Below are positions 50,420-63,954 of a stretch of 64,000 bases of DNA, piece by piece; positions within the stretch are counted from its first letter, which is position 1; every line of letters starts with the position of its first letter. The notes beneath the pieces were generated by a model. That model was not told the DNA's origin. It did no database searches and was given only the letters and a program-made list of their open reading frames with translations. Where the stretch lies: contig OZ316891.1 in NCBI GenBank assembly GCA_973895155.1, forward strand, positions 17,234,095 through 17,298,094, written 5' to 3'. Made by a program: the position numbers and the translations under genes. The DNA comes from Marsupella aquatica. Its lineage: Eukaryota; Plantae; Marchantiophyta.

Positions 50420-51821
50420 AAACTTTGTTCCTGCCCCTGCCTCCCTCCCCTCTGGGGAGAGCAGAAATCTCATCACACACACACTCACTCCGAGTCACTC
50501 GGTCCGCGGTCTGCAATTCCCCCTCATTTCGCTTTTTCACTCTCATGGGCCAAAGGCGGACCGGACCGTCAATGCAATATGCAGTTACGGTCCGCACCTG
50601 CTCGAGAAGGAGCCTTCCCGGAAGCTCACCTGCCCGAGTAGCTTCCTGAGCATTTCCCCGCTCTGTTGGGCAGCAGCGCCGGGCCGGACCTATTCACCGG
50701 CCACCGGAAATTCCGGTACTGCCCCATTCGCCCACAAGCGCCTGCTACCACAGTCGTTCCCTCCCCCTGCCCTTCCTTTGCCTCCCCTCCCCTCCCTGTG
50801 CCCTTTCCTTTCCTTTCCTTTCCTTTCCTTTCCTTTCCTTGCTTCTCGCTTCCTTTGGTTTGCTCTCGCTTCCATTCGCTTCTACACGAGCTGCTCACTC
50901 CACTCACTAGTCAGCAGAGCGGGAGGGGCCAACCGGGATAGCGCTGGCTCATCATCAATCACCAGCTTACAACGTCGAACGGTTGAAAGCAAAGTGCCGC
51001 CGCGTTAGATTTGAGGACGCTCGGCGTGAATTCAGTTGGACCCAAATTATGTGCAGGCGATCCGAGGATCTACCTGCCATTTGCTTCGCCCGACGACGCT
51101 CTCGCTCGCCCGTTTCGCCCTGCTCCATTTGCTCGCACGAGCTCGAGACGAGGAGGCGAAGAAAGAAGAACAGGGAGGGAGGGAGGCAGGGCGGACGGAC
51201 GGATTCTAAACATTAGGTTGGAGTGGTGGACAAACAAAGTCGATTGATTTGATTTGGTCGGCAGTGTCGCATTTGCTGTGGTGCTTCTGCTTCTGCTTGT
51301 GCGCTCCCAGTAGTGCAATGCGGCAGCAGACTAGCAGAGTGTGACACCCTTCGCTCACGTGGTGTGATTTGGGGCGGAGGGAGGAAAGAGAGACGGGACG
51401 AGGGATCTCATCGGCTGTTCGGGTGGAGGGGGAGGTAACGTGAGAGTTGTGGGTTCATTTCACTTGTTGAGCCTGGAGGAGTTTCGTTTCGATTCGATTC
51501 GAAGACAAGGAGGGACGAATCCCCGTGGAGGCACTGAGTGTGGGATAGTGGAGGAGGGAAGACTGCAGAGCGGTAGCTATTACAGGCGGGGCTTCAGCGG
51601 TGCTCCGTGATTTTAGATCTGGTGAAATCTTCTTGGCTTCGCGTCTGTTCTCTTTCAGCCACTTGGTCGCGGACCTGATTGGGAGACTTGTTAGTCAGGT
51701 TTTTTAGTAGGATCTTCACTCTGGACAGGTGACGCGGAACTCTGGGCAAGGCCCTTATTAACGGGGCTTCGGTAGGACATAGAGAAGGTTAGAAGCTTGA
51801 GGTGTACTGGAAGCTCTAGTC
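50420..51821 (+). promoter_or_regulatory. GC-rich promoter and leader of the GT8 gene
   Basis: CpG-rich island with a pyrimidine patch and GA-rich tracts directly upstream of the ATG. Confidence 0.5.
50802..50840. repeat. (CCTTT)n microsatellite
   Basis: About 8 units of cctttcctttccttt... Confidence 0.95.
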
Positions 51822-54447
51822 ATGGCGCAACAGCAGGCGGAGGCGATGAATCGAAGCGGGCGCCGTTCGGCGGGCAGTATGATGGTGAAGGTCGGACTTG
51901 GAGCGATACTGGTTTCGATTCTCTGGCTTTTCAGCTTGCCACAAGCGGACGCAGCTCATGCACCTTCTGTCCTGAAACCAAATGCCAAAAATGCTTATGC
52001 GACGATGCTCTACATGGGCACCCCCCGTGACTACGAGTTTTACGTTGCTGCCCGTGTCATGTTGCGTTCTTTGAAGAGACTGAAAGTGGATGCCGATCTC
52101 GTGGTGATAGCATCCGCGACTGTTCCTGCAAAGTGGAAGCAGAACTTGTAAGTGTTTCTGTCTGTGCCATCCCTTCACCACGCAGAAACTCTTCGTTCTC
52201 TCTTCGGACTGCATCTAATATGCAACTTTTGTAGCTTTTAGATATTAACTTCATGTTTGGAACTGGGATTCGTCTGTATTTGACCTTCACATGGAATTGG
52301 GAAGTCTCCACGTCCATCTCTTGTTTGAATGGGACGGTGTTGTTGGAGAACATTGCCCTTGCCATGGTTGATCATGGTGACACCATTCTCGGGAAGTAAC
52401 GACATGAGTACAACAGCACAAAACAGAACAGAACAGAACAACATACCCCGAAGCCCTGAATGAAAGCAGGGGCCTAGATCTCTGCCTTGATTTCGATTTC
52501 AGGAGGTGACTTTGAAGCATTTGGCACTTTATCCTGTGCGACATTCTTGGGGCCCCGGTGTCTTTATCTGTGTTGAGCGGATAGTGCTCGTTCAGACTTT
52601 TAGGACTTGGGTCGGAGATCGCTCTGTGAAATGCACTGGTGTGACTGGAGTTGTTGGTGTTCCGTGCAGTCATGACGACGGTGTGAGAGTCGTAACGGTG
52701 GAGGACATCCAGAATCCGTACAGAGATCAGGAGTCATTTGACGCGCGCTTCATGTTCACGCTGAACAAGATCTATGCCTGGAGCCTCATTGATTACGAGC
52801 GTGTGGTTATGCTCGACGTGGACAACGTGTTTCTCCAAAAGGCGGATGAATTGTTTCAATGCGGTGACTTCTGCGCGGCATTCATCAACCCGTGCATCTT
52901 CCACACCGGCCTCTTTGTCCTAACGGTAATTCACGTGGAACGTGACAGGAATTTGGCTAATTGAGTTTTGAGCATTCTATGAATTGTTAGTTGACTAGCG
53001 GCAAGACTACCGTTGGGTAAAGGTTGCTGTTAATATTGCTTTGAAGTGCCGTTTGCTAACGAGACAGTAACCGTAATGCAGCCATCCAATGAGACTTTTA
53101 ATTCACTGTACCACGACGTGCTGATTGGACGGGAAAATGAGGACGGAGCGGATCAGGGCTTCTTGACTGGATATTTCAACGATCTCTTGGACGCTCCTAT
53201 GTTCTACCCTCCCGCGGACGGTTCCAGACTAGCGGGCCATTTCCGATTGCCTCTTGGATATCAAATGGACGCATCTTACTTTTGTAAGTCTTCGGTGCAT
53301 TGTCTTGTGACCTTCGATCGGTTGGTCATGGTTTATCTGCTCTGGTTTCGAAATGTAACGATTTCTGTGTTTTCACTTAGTTGTCTTTGTGAATCTTTAT
53401 CGGCATTCTGAAGTTTGGTGGCCCAATTGAGAACTACATAATTCGTCGATGATTAATTGGCGCGTTCTCCTGCCTCATATTTACCCGGCTCTGCAGACTT
53501 AAAGTTACGATGGAGCGTTCCGTGCGGTCCAAACAGTGTAGTGACCTTCCCCAGTGTTCCATTATTGAAGCCATGGTACTGGTGGTCATACCCAGTTCTT
53601 CCATTGGGCCTGCTTTGGCACGAAAAACGGCGAAAGACCATAGGGTGTGTTTACCACTCTTTTCATTCACTCATGTTCTATAGCATGTATGTAGCTGCCT
53701 GTTTTTTCCGAGTCTACTTCACTCGAAGCTCACATCTGGCTCCTTGTGTGAGTTCAATCTTAGTCTCAAACTGAATTTCTGTTTTCCGACTGGTTATCGA
53801 ACATGAAATTTAATTACGTCGGAACTTAATTGTAGTTCCCATTAACTCCTTTTTTTGATCGTTACAGGTACGGTTCAGAAATTCCTCTTATCGCCGCCGA
53901 GTCACTCTTCTTCATTATCACAATGATTATTGCGATGATTGTTCGCCATCGCGTATCTAATGTGGAGAAAAATCCAACAGCCAAGTCTTGCCTAGGTCGT
54001 GGGCCCTGCTCGACTGAAACTGGTTCCATCGTCCATCCATTACTTCTGAAGGCTCTTGCTTTCATTGCGTTCACGGTCTGCTTTCTTCTCCCTTTCTTCA
54101 TTGTGCCGACCACAGTGCATCCTCTTATGGGATGGGGACTATGGCTGTTGGGTTCCCTGTCACTTCTGATCGTCCTAATTAACATCTTCCAGCTGCCCAT
54201 TACTCCTGTAATCACCGTGTGGTTCGGATTTCTGGGTGCCCTTCTTGTCTTAGCGAATCCGTACTACTTCAACGGAGTTGTTCGAGCTCTCGCCATCGGA
54301 TTCTATGCATTCTTCATGTCCCCCGTTTTATGGTGGACAATTAAGGAAATGAATGCTGCCATCGACGTCTCAAGCGTGCGGGAGCCTCTGATGGCGTGGA
54401 CAAATCTGCGTTCAGAACCTCAATCGGAGTTGATGAAGCTTTGCTGA
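51822..54447 (+). CDS. PGSIP8: Glycosyltransferase family 8, putative glucuronosyltransferase PGSIP7/PGSIP8-like
   Basis: Exons 51822-52147, 52670-52925, 53082-53283, 53497-53644, 53868-54447 (GT-AG, phases consistent). Motifs: NAYATMLYMGTPRDYEFY, TLNKIYAW, MLDVDN (DxD), FINPCIFHTG, GADQGF, LKPWYWWS. N-terminal signal anchor and multi-TM C-terminus. Alternative start at 51846. Confidence 0.93.
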
Positions 54448-56452
54448 TCGCCCAATCAGTTGTACAATGTAGCAATGAAGTTCAAGACTTTCAAAACCTG
54501 CAGAGATAGCAGCTGCTTCATGAACAGGGATTGGAGAATGCAAACCATCTACCACCGAATTGTTCAAACAGTGACGATTTTGGCAGAGAAAGGGACATTA
54601 TTGAAAACCTGTCACTATGAGAGTTAGCTAGAGTTTACATGTTCCTCGATTTCTTAGTCAAACGGCTTTCAATCACAACCCAATTGGCAGTATGCTGCAA
54701 TTCTTTCCTGCCTGGATCAGTGGTTCACTGAACTACGAAGAATCGCAATCGTTTGGGATTTTAAAAAATAGAATTTGACTAGCACACACCAGAACTACTG
54801 GTAGGTTTCTCTTACTCTGGAATTATAGGTTGGCTGATTTCCGATTTCAAGTTTCCAGAGAAATTTCAACCATTGTTGCAAGTTACGACACATTTTTTCG
54901 TAGAGGGGCCTTCCATTATCATCTCTTAAGAGGGAATGACCGACCCTCTATAATCCTGTACATTATGACGATCAAATTGAAATATGAGCTTCAATGGAGA
55001 CTGCCCCCTTTCATTTCCCTCACCCCCAGCCTGAGAGTGATGAGCTCAGTTTAACCATTTGTTTACAGGCCACCAGGGACATTTCGCCCAATCTGGATTG
55101 TGGATTATTTTGCATGACATCTCAATTGTCGAGGAATCTCGCTGGTAACTTTCTGCTGACTCACTACTCTGACCTGCGCTGTAGCGTCTGATCCATGTCA
55201 CATTTTGTTCAGGGGTAGCAAAGCTTCCTCTATGGACGTCGGAGGGTTGCGAAGTGTTCACTCTGGAATTGTGCATTTGTCTATTTTCGTTTGTGGGGAA
55301 TCTCTACCTGAGTAATTCTTTTTCCAAGGAGAGTCTTCTAACTTGACCTTGGAGTAATTTCAGGGAGCTTCGTTGATATAAACTTTGCAAAGAGTTATGT
55401 TTCTCGAATCTGTTTAGCATGATCTTTTTAACTGTTTCGCGCATTTCCGGTCATTTTAATTTGTTCCACTCTCGGGTCCAAAGAAGTCGGGGGACCATTT
55501 CTGCTTTCTACAGGTGGAGGACAAGGATGTGAAGCCAATAATGCTACTTTTCTGGACGGTGTGTTGGTACTGTGTGTAGGACGTACTTACCACTATCACT
55601 CTGTTGTAGCCCACGACGGCTTGTCTCGTAATGTCTTGCCAAGCTACCACTCGGGCTCCACGATGCACGGAACTGATGCACGGAACTGCTTGGTCATGAA
55701 GAAATCCTTCATTGACGCGATTGTTTTTCTTTGAATTTTCCTGTAACAAAAAGAAACGCATATTCACAGGCTAGTTCTGGAAACGCCACTGACGGAATCG
55801 ACCAGTGTGTCTGGATTCTGTGACTCCATTTGAAGACCTTGTCTACTTGAGCATCTTGTCAAACCTTCATACGCACATAACGTGATTGCTTTGATATGCA
55901 CTAAATCACCCTAAGTTAATGTCATTTCCTTACCTTGTGAAACCTTTATGTTTATTCGCGCTTTACACTAGCCTGATTACCCGGTACCCGGTTCTCAAAG
56001 GGAAATAGATATGAAAGAAAACAACAGAAATTTACTGACCCGGCACCAAATTGCAAGTATCCTATTACAGATGTAAAGGTAAACCATGTACCACTGGATC
56101 ACTAATCTCTACATCTAATGGATCATGGATCTATGATATCCAATGTAGTTCATACACTCCAAGTTGGACGGGAGGTGATGAGTTTCCTTTTACACATAAT
56201 AATATTATAAATAGAAATTAATCAACTGTTAACAAGTGTCTTGCCAAAGGTGTTCCACCATATCCGCTGAAGTTTGTCATAACAAGTCCAAAGAGCACTA
56301 TTTACACTAGTTTTCTATTTCTTTCTATAAATCACGAGTTTTGCATTAAATGGTGTCACGTTGCGCCTCCCCCTTAGCCGGTAGTTGCCCCGCAGACTAA
56401 AAACAAATACTTAAAGAATGTGATTCTGAGAGTCAGCAGTCCATGGGCTACC

Positions 56453-56631
56453 GGTTAGCTCAGAAGAGTGGGGCCTCTCAGGTGTCGAGTTCGAATCTCA
56501 CTCTGAGCTTTTTAACAATCACCCGCCCCAAAAGTGGGGTTCAGACGCCTATTGTTACAGTCATAAGTTCTTTTGATTCAAAGAGAGTTTACACACATAA
56601 TCCCCCAAAAGTGGGGTTCAGACGCCTCTAG
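56453..56631 (+). mobile_element. Second tRNA-like/Helitron-like mini-element, 3' end tandemly duplicated
   Basis: tagctcag (A-box-like, 56456), gttcgaatc (B-box, 56489-56497), TTTTT (56509-56513), and ccccaaaagtggggttcagacgcct twice (period 77), the second copy followed by CTAG|T (56628-56632). Confidence 0.45.
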
Positions 56632-58313
56632 TAACACAAATTCTTTTTGATTCCAGATGGGAACTGGCTGTTCCAATTTCCGGTCAATAATCACTATAAT
56701 CCAAAGGAGCTACAGAACAGTCTTAAATACTGAACACGATACTGGTAGAAGTGAATAATAGTGTTGAGTGACAATTTATTTCTGCATTGACTCATGGTGG
56801 TGTCAGGACTTTGCAAACAAAAGGTGCTCATAATGGTTTGCCTCTTGCACAGCTTCTCACTTGTGATCCATCCAACTCTCAATTAATGATGTGTAGATAG
56901 AAATGAATCTGCCAAATTACTCATGTCAATTAGCAATATTTGGTTTCTTTGTTTCCTCCCCCATTCCCAACCTTATCTTTTCCCTTCATGGACACTTAAG
57001 CTTTTACATTGAGTAGGTCCCCAAGCTAGGTACCACCCCTGGGCAACACCAAAAAACCATCTCAGCCCAAAGAGACTTGCAACTACAAAGTTATCGTATG
57101 GCTGGAAACTTGATTAGAATGGTGACATACCTCATTAGTACCCAAAACAGCACTATGCAAACTAAAATATAACGCGTGAAAAACTTAGAGTAATGTCAGC
57201 TCAATGTGCACACCGTCATCATTAATCTGATTTCATCAGTCTCATTAATTCAACGGCTTATTTGTGTGGTTATTTTTGTTACCCTATTGTTTGTTGTTAT
57301 ATGCATTTTTTTAAAGCTTCTAGGTCTAACCATTTTTTATGGCCTCAAGTTAAACACACATGGTCATGTTTGTGTGACAGAAATTGCTGATGTGACTGCA
57401 AGTGGAGCCAGTGAATTTAGAAGGCACTTCTCATGGGGGTCCACAACGAGTTTGAAGACGTTAAAGTCACTTGGATATAAGTTGTCAGTTTCATGGGCCA
57501 TTGCTTTCCCTGAGACACATAAATCTTTCCATTTCAAACACCAGTCATAATCTACTTGTGCTCGTTTTCCATATATTTCCATCCGTTTGCCATACATTTT
57601 CTCCATTGCCTACCAAATATATCTAGCACATATACTTCACATGAGCAACTAGCAATATGAGAATTTTGCTGTCCTCTGATGATGTAATCTTTCCCATCGA
57701 TTGGTATGACATCAGTCCCCAACGGGATCCCTAAAAAAATTTGGATTGGGGGAAGCTGAATGTTTCTCTGGGAACAGATAACAATATCATGTCTTTCCCT
57801 TTTTTTCTCCACCAGAGATAACTATGAAATAGAAGCTCCTCTCGTGACCGTGAGTGAACCGTTTGCTTGGAATGGTGGTTGGTCTTTTCATTGGTGATAG
57901 AGATATCCTGGTCCCAAACAGAATGAAAGTGCAGTGTTGTTTTTAATAGGAAACAGTCCATGCGCAAGCCTCACACAAAAGATTCAGCTAAAAAAAACCT
58001 GTTAAAAGGTCATATATCAATCTGAAATGTTTATTGAGTAGCAAAATATCCAGAAGATGATGTACCCATGGACTGTAGCTAGAAACCATGGACAAATTAG
58101 AAAGACTCTCTGTGACTTTGTGAATATAAGATGCAGTCCATCCGTATTGCAAAAATACAGAGGAGCATTTGGGCAAACCTAGAGGTCCATCCTGGCTTTA
58201 CTTTGGGTATCTTGTCTTGATTCTAAGGTTCTTGTTTAGTCGTCATTTGTCAAGTCCAATTGGCTCAAGTCAATGGCACTGTGCTAGATATTGCATACAT
58301 AGATACTTTTGTA

Positions 58314-59613
58314 GAGGTATATGCTTAATCAACCCCCTCTGGACTGTTTCCTACTTAATTGATCCCCTATGTTCAGATCTGCCCCAATAGACCCCCCAAA
58401 GTCTGTCTGTTACCCAATCGACCCCCTTTGATAGTTTCCGGTTCATGACATGCCGTGTATTGCAATTGCAGTCTACCTGAACCTGTCTGTGGTTTCCCGC
58501 GTGGGTGCGAGCAGCTTGACCAAACCGTCAAATGCTTGGTTTAGGGTCGGCCAGGCCGGGCCAAGACAGCGACAATCGAGGATTTCAAAAATGATGCGAA
58601 GACAATATGTGTTGTGTCTTCAGATGTTCATTATTGAATTGTCCTCACATAATTTGGTCCAAATGTTCATTGTTTCACATTGTGTCACGACGACTTCTAT
58701 CGGTCATGAGGTTTGGGGGAATCTATCGTATGGAGGTTATTGCTCAGCTCAGTCTAGTGAAGTGGACATTCTTTAATGTGACATTATCACTGCGAGATAG
58801 AGCGTGCCCAAAAACAAGACCAATTGCACATGGATTTAGGATGTGGCCGGGATACCTGATGGGAAAGCCTATAAGAAAGTGTGTAAGAATTTAATGTTGT
58901 CATCAATTGTTGTTGATATGTATTGTTTAGTATATGCCTTAGTTCAGTTGCTTGAAATGGAAGCAAAGGCAACTCAAATTCAAAAGGGCAAACCTTTCAA
59001 GGATTTTGGAGAATTTACAAGTGTTTGGATTCTTGGCTGTCATAATGGTCTTGTGGTATAAAGATTGGAAACATTTTGAGAACATTTTATAATTTTTGAA
59101 CACAAGTGTGCCGATTTAGCAAATTGGTGTCAATTCCAGCAAAGCATTTGTCTGTGAGGGATATCTAAACATAGATTTGTCTCTAGTGGAATGCATTGAT
59201 AAAGATTCTCAAAAAAGCAATTATATATGAACATTATGGAGATAGCAGCTCAGTTTTATTACCTCTAAACTTCAGACAATTGGAGACCCCGCTGGAGACT
59301 AACCCCTAAATGTTTGAAGACCATACTAGTTTTGTTTTCAAACACAAAAGTATCCACGATTGCGTCCGGTGTCATTCAGTCTTATCACGAATGGATTGTG
59401 CCAAATCTTGACACAATTGCGGCATACCACGGGCGAGACTATGGGCCCATATGATAGAAAATTAGAGTAAATTGTGGTAAAGTCTCTCTATAGTGCTCTT
59501 CCCAAGAATTATCTGTAAGAAATTGTCAGAGAGGGTCGATTGGGGCAGATCTGAACATAGGGGGTTGATTAAGTAAGAAACAGTCCAGAGGGGGTCGAGT
59601 AAGCATATACCTC
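58314..59613. mobile_element. Non-autonomous Mutator-like element (MULE), 1.3 kb
   Basis: TIRs of about 83 bp starting GAGGTATATGCTTA (58314-58395 / 59531-59613) and a perfect 10-bp TSD tacttttgta (58304-58313, 59614-59623). Confidence 0.9.
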
Positions 59614-60295
59614 TACTTTTGTAGCATATTATGATGTCACACACCTAGTAGAATGATTTCATTAAATGTGTGTGAAAACTGCATACAATAACTTTAAGAC
59701 TGGAACCTCCCCCTCCCCCACCCCAGTGGATTTGATCCCCACTACAAACGTTTTTTTGGAGGACGAGAGTATTTTATAAGACTATAATTTTTTTATTGGC
59801 TACTACGAATATTTGTTGTGCCTGGAATGCTTTTCTTTTATAAAACTATTTCCGAATAAAAAAAGGAAAGAGTTGTAAGCTGATAGGACTCCAGAATGTT
59901 CTCGGTATTGAAAGTCATGGAGTTTTACTCAGAATCCGAATTAGCCTGGTCAATAAATGTATTTTTCCATAGGTGCCGTGCATGTTTAGAAATAGTATCC
60001 AAGCAGAAATTTTGAGCTTATAGCTCACAAATTAAAAGGGTCCCACAAAATTTAACTATTTGGGTGTTGATAGCATTTTGTTGTTCCAATGATTTGGACT
60101 TCTCCTCCCCAAAAGCTCATAAAGGTTTCCTATTGTTTGTAGTTCACTCAGAAAGAAAGCAAATATATTAACTAGCCTGGTCAAACAAGGTACCAATTAT
60201 AAAGAAGATAGAAGAAACCTGAGGAAGTGATTGATTTTACCATTCCCACACAAATAAACAATGAGGAAACCCAAGTACTAAGCAACTCATAACCG

Positions 60296-60318
60296 CCCCC
60301 CCCCCCCCCCCCCCCCCC
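60296..60318. repeat. Poly(C)23 tract
   Basis: Direct observation. Confidence 0.95.
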
Positions 60319-62577
60319 TCAAGTAATCCTAAGTAGGCATACCCAAGCAAATCTGACTACAGTAGACACAAAAATCATAAGAATAAGGGCAAAAGCTCAG
60401 TAGAAAAATCCTAAGAAAAGAACAATGTCAGATGGGCTCATTCTCTCCAACTACTAAGTTATGCTTACCTTTCATTCTACAACAAAATGCGTTCCATTTC
60501 AGAGAAAGTTGACAATGCTGAATATTCAGACAAGTTCTTCACTAAACTGTTTGCAGCAATAATTTTATTTCTACTTTATTTTCATCAGATCCTACCATTA
60601 CTTGAATTTTTTTTATGGCGCAAAATGTTGCAAGACACTAAGGGTGGCTTTACAAGACATTGGGGGCAGTTTCCACGTTTGTTTTTTTCTCCAAGATCTG
60701 ATCAGAGCCATCCATTTGGGAGAAACTGATGCTGTTCACTTTACAAACGTTGGGGACACCTTCAACCGAACCTGTTACCAATCCTCCAATTTTTGCTTAT
60801 GTGGAGCACTCTTTTGTCCTAGATTTTAGACCACCTCTCTTGGTGGTCTCTTCTTCTGGCCTCTTGGTCCATTTCTATTTTAAGTCATTTGCATTAAAAA
60901 GGGACCCACAAGTCTTTCATAAGATCTTCGCTTCTCACATGTAGAAAGACTTTAGCCAAAGATTACGTAACATTCAGGTGGAGAGGGTCCTCAATCTGTC
61001 TTTTAGTAAATTAATCTGGCACCACTGGCTACACTTGGCTTTACAAGACCTTGGGGGCAATAAAAGGATTCAAAAAATGCTTTTAGCCCCGGGACACTAT
61101 ATTTAGTGTGTGCAATGGCCCTCCAGTTTGCTTTGGTGAAATAAAACTCCCAAGTGCCCCCAACGTCTTGAAAAGTCCTCCTAAATTACACCAAGGCGAT
61201 AGAATAGAATGGGTTTGAAAGAAAATGCTGTTGCAGAATATAAAAGATTTGTCTAAAACCCTAATTTATAAGAATGCATTTAGTGAAAACTATCACCAGG
61301 TCTATGTATTGGATAACCTTTTGTATCTTCAGAGAAAAATTCTCATTACTCTAATAGCTATTAGACCATATTTATTTGTACTTGTTTAGACTATTTTATA
61401 CTAAAGTCCATGTCCCATTGCATTAGAGTGTTTTGTAATCAGATTAGCTGTAGTTGGTAGCGTGCTATAATTGCAAGAATGTCAAACAATCCAAAGTCAT
61501 TTGGCAACCTGCATCTCAGACATCCAACACTAAACTAAAGGATCCTGCCATTTCTCCCTAATTGTTTGCTTACAAAATCCAAGAACATGAGGACAAATCC
61601 TGGCCATGGTAAAAAGACTTGTTATTCATCATTTTCTGATAGGCCGAAGGCAAGTCTGGGAGCACCCTTGGCATCACCCCACTGCATGCCTGCACCTAGG
61701 CTGGCATGGAAGGGCATAAGCGACTGTACCTGACCAAGGCTGACCCCATCTGGCGTGACGAGGAAAAAGTGGAGGCGATCACGGCTGCAATGTTATACCT
61801 CCATGGCCAGTCAGAGAGGGAGGAAAAGCGGAGGCAAAGGGAACAACGGAAAAAATAGACAAAGTAATTGCTGACCCTAACCCATCTCAAAATGGCAATG
61901 AAGAACACCATGATAAAACCCTAGAGTGAGGTGATGATCTGCCATTTTGAGTTATTTTCAGCCTAGACAGGGCACTGGTGTAATTTTTATTAGTTTTGAG
62001 TGATTGTTACAATACATGTAGGTTTTGGGGCATGGTTTGCAAGAAAACCAAGTTTTGGGGAGGGTTTTAGAGAGATTGGACAACAACCTGGACAGTCTAG
62101 CAAAGAAGAAAAACTAGTAAGTCGCAATCAGCTCAGCAAAAATTGCCCACATGCCTCCTACATGACATCCCCACCTCCACAATTCTATCTTACACGACAA
62201 TATTCAAATCGACCACTAGAAGATGTATCAATGTGTTCTTCATTCGCGTTCCTAAATCAATGTGCCATTCAGTCATTCGCGTTCCTAAATCTACTGCACA
62301 TTGTTATATTTGTGAGCTACCTCGCTAATAGGACCTTTCTTGGAGCACAAGCCATCAGGGCTAGAGAGCTAAGTGGTGAGGCAGAACACGCTCGGCATTT
62401 TTGGGTAGCAGTAGCGTACAACGAGTTGACTTTGGCACCTAGAAGCTCGGATTCAGAGGACTAGATACAATTTTCTTAGGGTGGCGGTCCAAACCCTAGT
62501 CATTAACCTGCGAGATCCATCGGCAGTTCATCGTTGGGCTGCATTGTTATTGGACTGAATTCACCACTACTCATCAG

Positions 62578-63954
62578 TCAGTGCAACGCACTGGGAAAGT
62601 ACACACCGTTGTCCTTGGGAGCCTGGTAGTCCCCAATGACCATGTACCAATGGTGTCTGTCACAGAAACGGTATAGGATACAGGTAAGCTCCATTGGTCT
62701 GAACAAAAACTCTGCCAACCAGTGTGCGAAAATAATGAGCAATCACAATCAAAACAAGGTGGTATGGCAATGTACCTCTGCAAACGGAGTCTTGCGGCCA
62801 AAGCCCACTGAGCAAGCTTAGGATAGCGTCTGGTCGACAAGTGCAGTATAAAGTTCATCTGGACATTTTTGGTTATGCCGTGAAACAGAGTGATAAAATC
62901 GGACTCGTTTCTGGCGCATGCATGTGCAAACCATGCGAAACCGGTGGTGTAACCCCTGAAAAAAGGAACCCACACAAATCCTTTTTAATGGGGAGATCCA
63001 ATGATTATCTCCCTAGAGAAGGAAACAAGCTGAGAGAAACACGACAGTAAGCAAGCAGTGGAGGTAGTTCATTCTAAAGATTCAATACCAGCTTTCCTTT
63101 GAGAACAACAGAGTACAAGGACAGGTCAAGCAAATCTAGTTTTAAGAACATGTTTTGAAGAAGAGGACCAAGTATTTTCACACTCAGCTCAGATCCAGAC
63201 AGTCATTTATCTCTCAGATAAGCATTCCGGGTTTCGAGATCCGGGTTTCACGAGGAACAAGACTATTTATGAAGTCTTTGGGAATAGACCAGATTGCAAA
63301 GTGCCGGTCAAAGTACTGCGATGTTACATGTAGTTTAAAAGTAAGCATAGTATCACAATCCTAGCTATCTCATTTGCAGAAGTGGGCAGGGGTAGAAATC
63401 ATGTACTCACAAGATCTCACCGTCCTTCGAAGTTACGACCCAAGCATGAGGACCCAGGCACCTCTCGATATCCGGTGAACGGTCATATCCATTAGTTTCT
63501 TTAAAGAGTTGAGCACATGAAGCGACATCAGCTTCTTCCATAAGCCGGACCACTCCATCTGTACTCACAGTAACTTGGAAGAGTGTTAACGCGTGGGCGC
63601 CGAACTGTATCAGCGCTGGAGATAATCCCTTGACACAAGAGGAAGAAACTCGAAGCCCATATGAAGCTGATTGTAGCAATAATTTTTGGGGGATCTCTAG
63701 TTGCTCATGACAACAAAGGCTCCAGTTCACTTCAAAGTTCATAATAGTCACAATGGTCTTTGGGGTGAGATTTTCGGAGCCGTGGTCGGCCCAAGTTTGT
63801 CAAAGTACTTACCAGTTCTAAGTGCCAGCCCCACAGCAGAAGCGGCAGCTTCAACTCGCTCAGCCGCGACTGTGCCCGAGAATACAGCAAAACAGTCTTT
63901 TGGGATAAAACCCAAGCTCAAATACAGAGCAAACGATCTTGTATTGGATGCCGC
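62578..63954 (-). CDS. GNAT-family N-acetyltransferase, bacterial tandem-GNAT type (3' part only; 5' exons lie beyond the window)
   Basis: Exons 63954-63813, 63573(or 63558)-63411, 62955-62776, 62656-62578 with GT-AG introns and consistent phases. They give AASNTRSFALYLSLGF (GNAT motif B)...VRLMEEADVASC...GYDRS...WVVTSKDGEILGYTTG...AHA...WALAARLR...MVIGDYQAPKDNGVYFPSALH*. Confidence 0.8.

Noticed and set aside
62581-62595. gtgcaacgcac matching the Helitron hairpin
   Set aside because: It lies inside the last GNAT coding exon with no CTAG at the right spacing, so it is coincidental.
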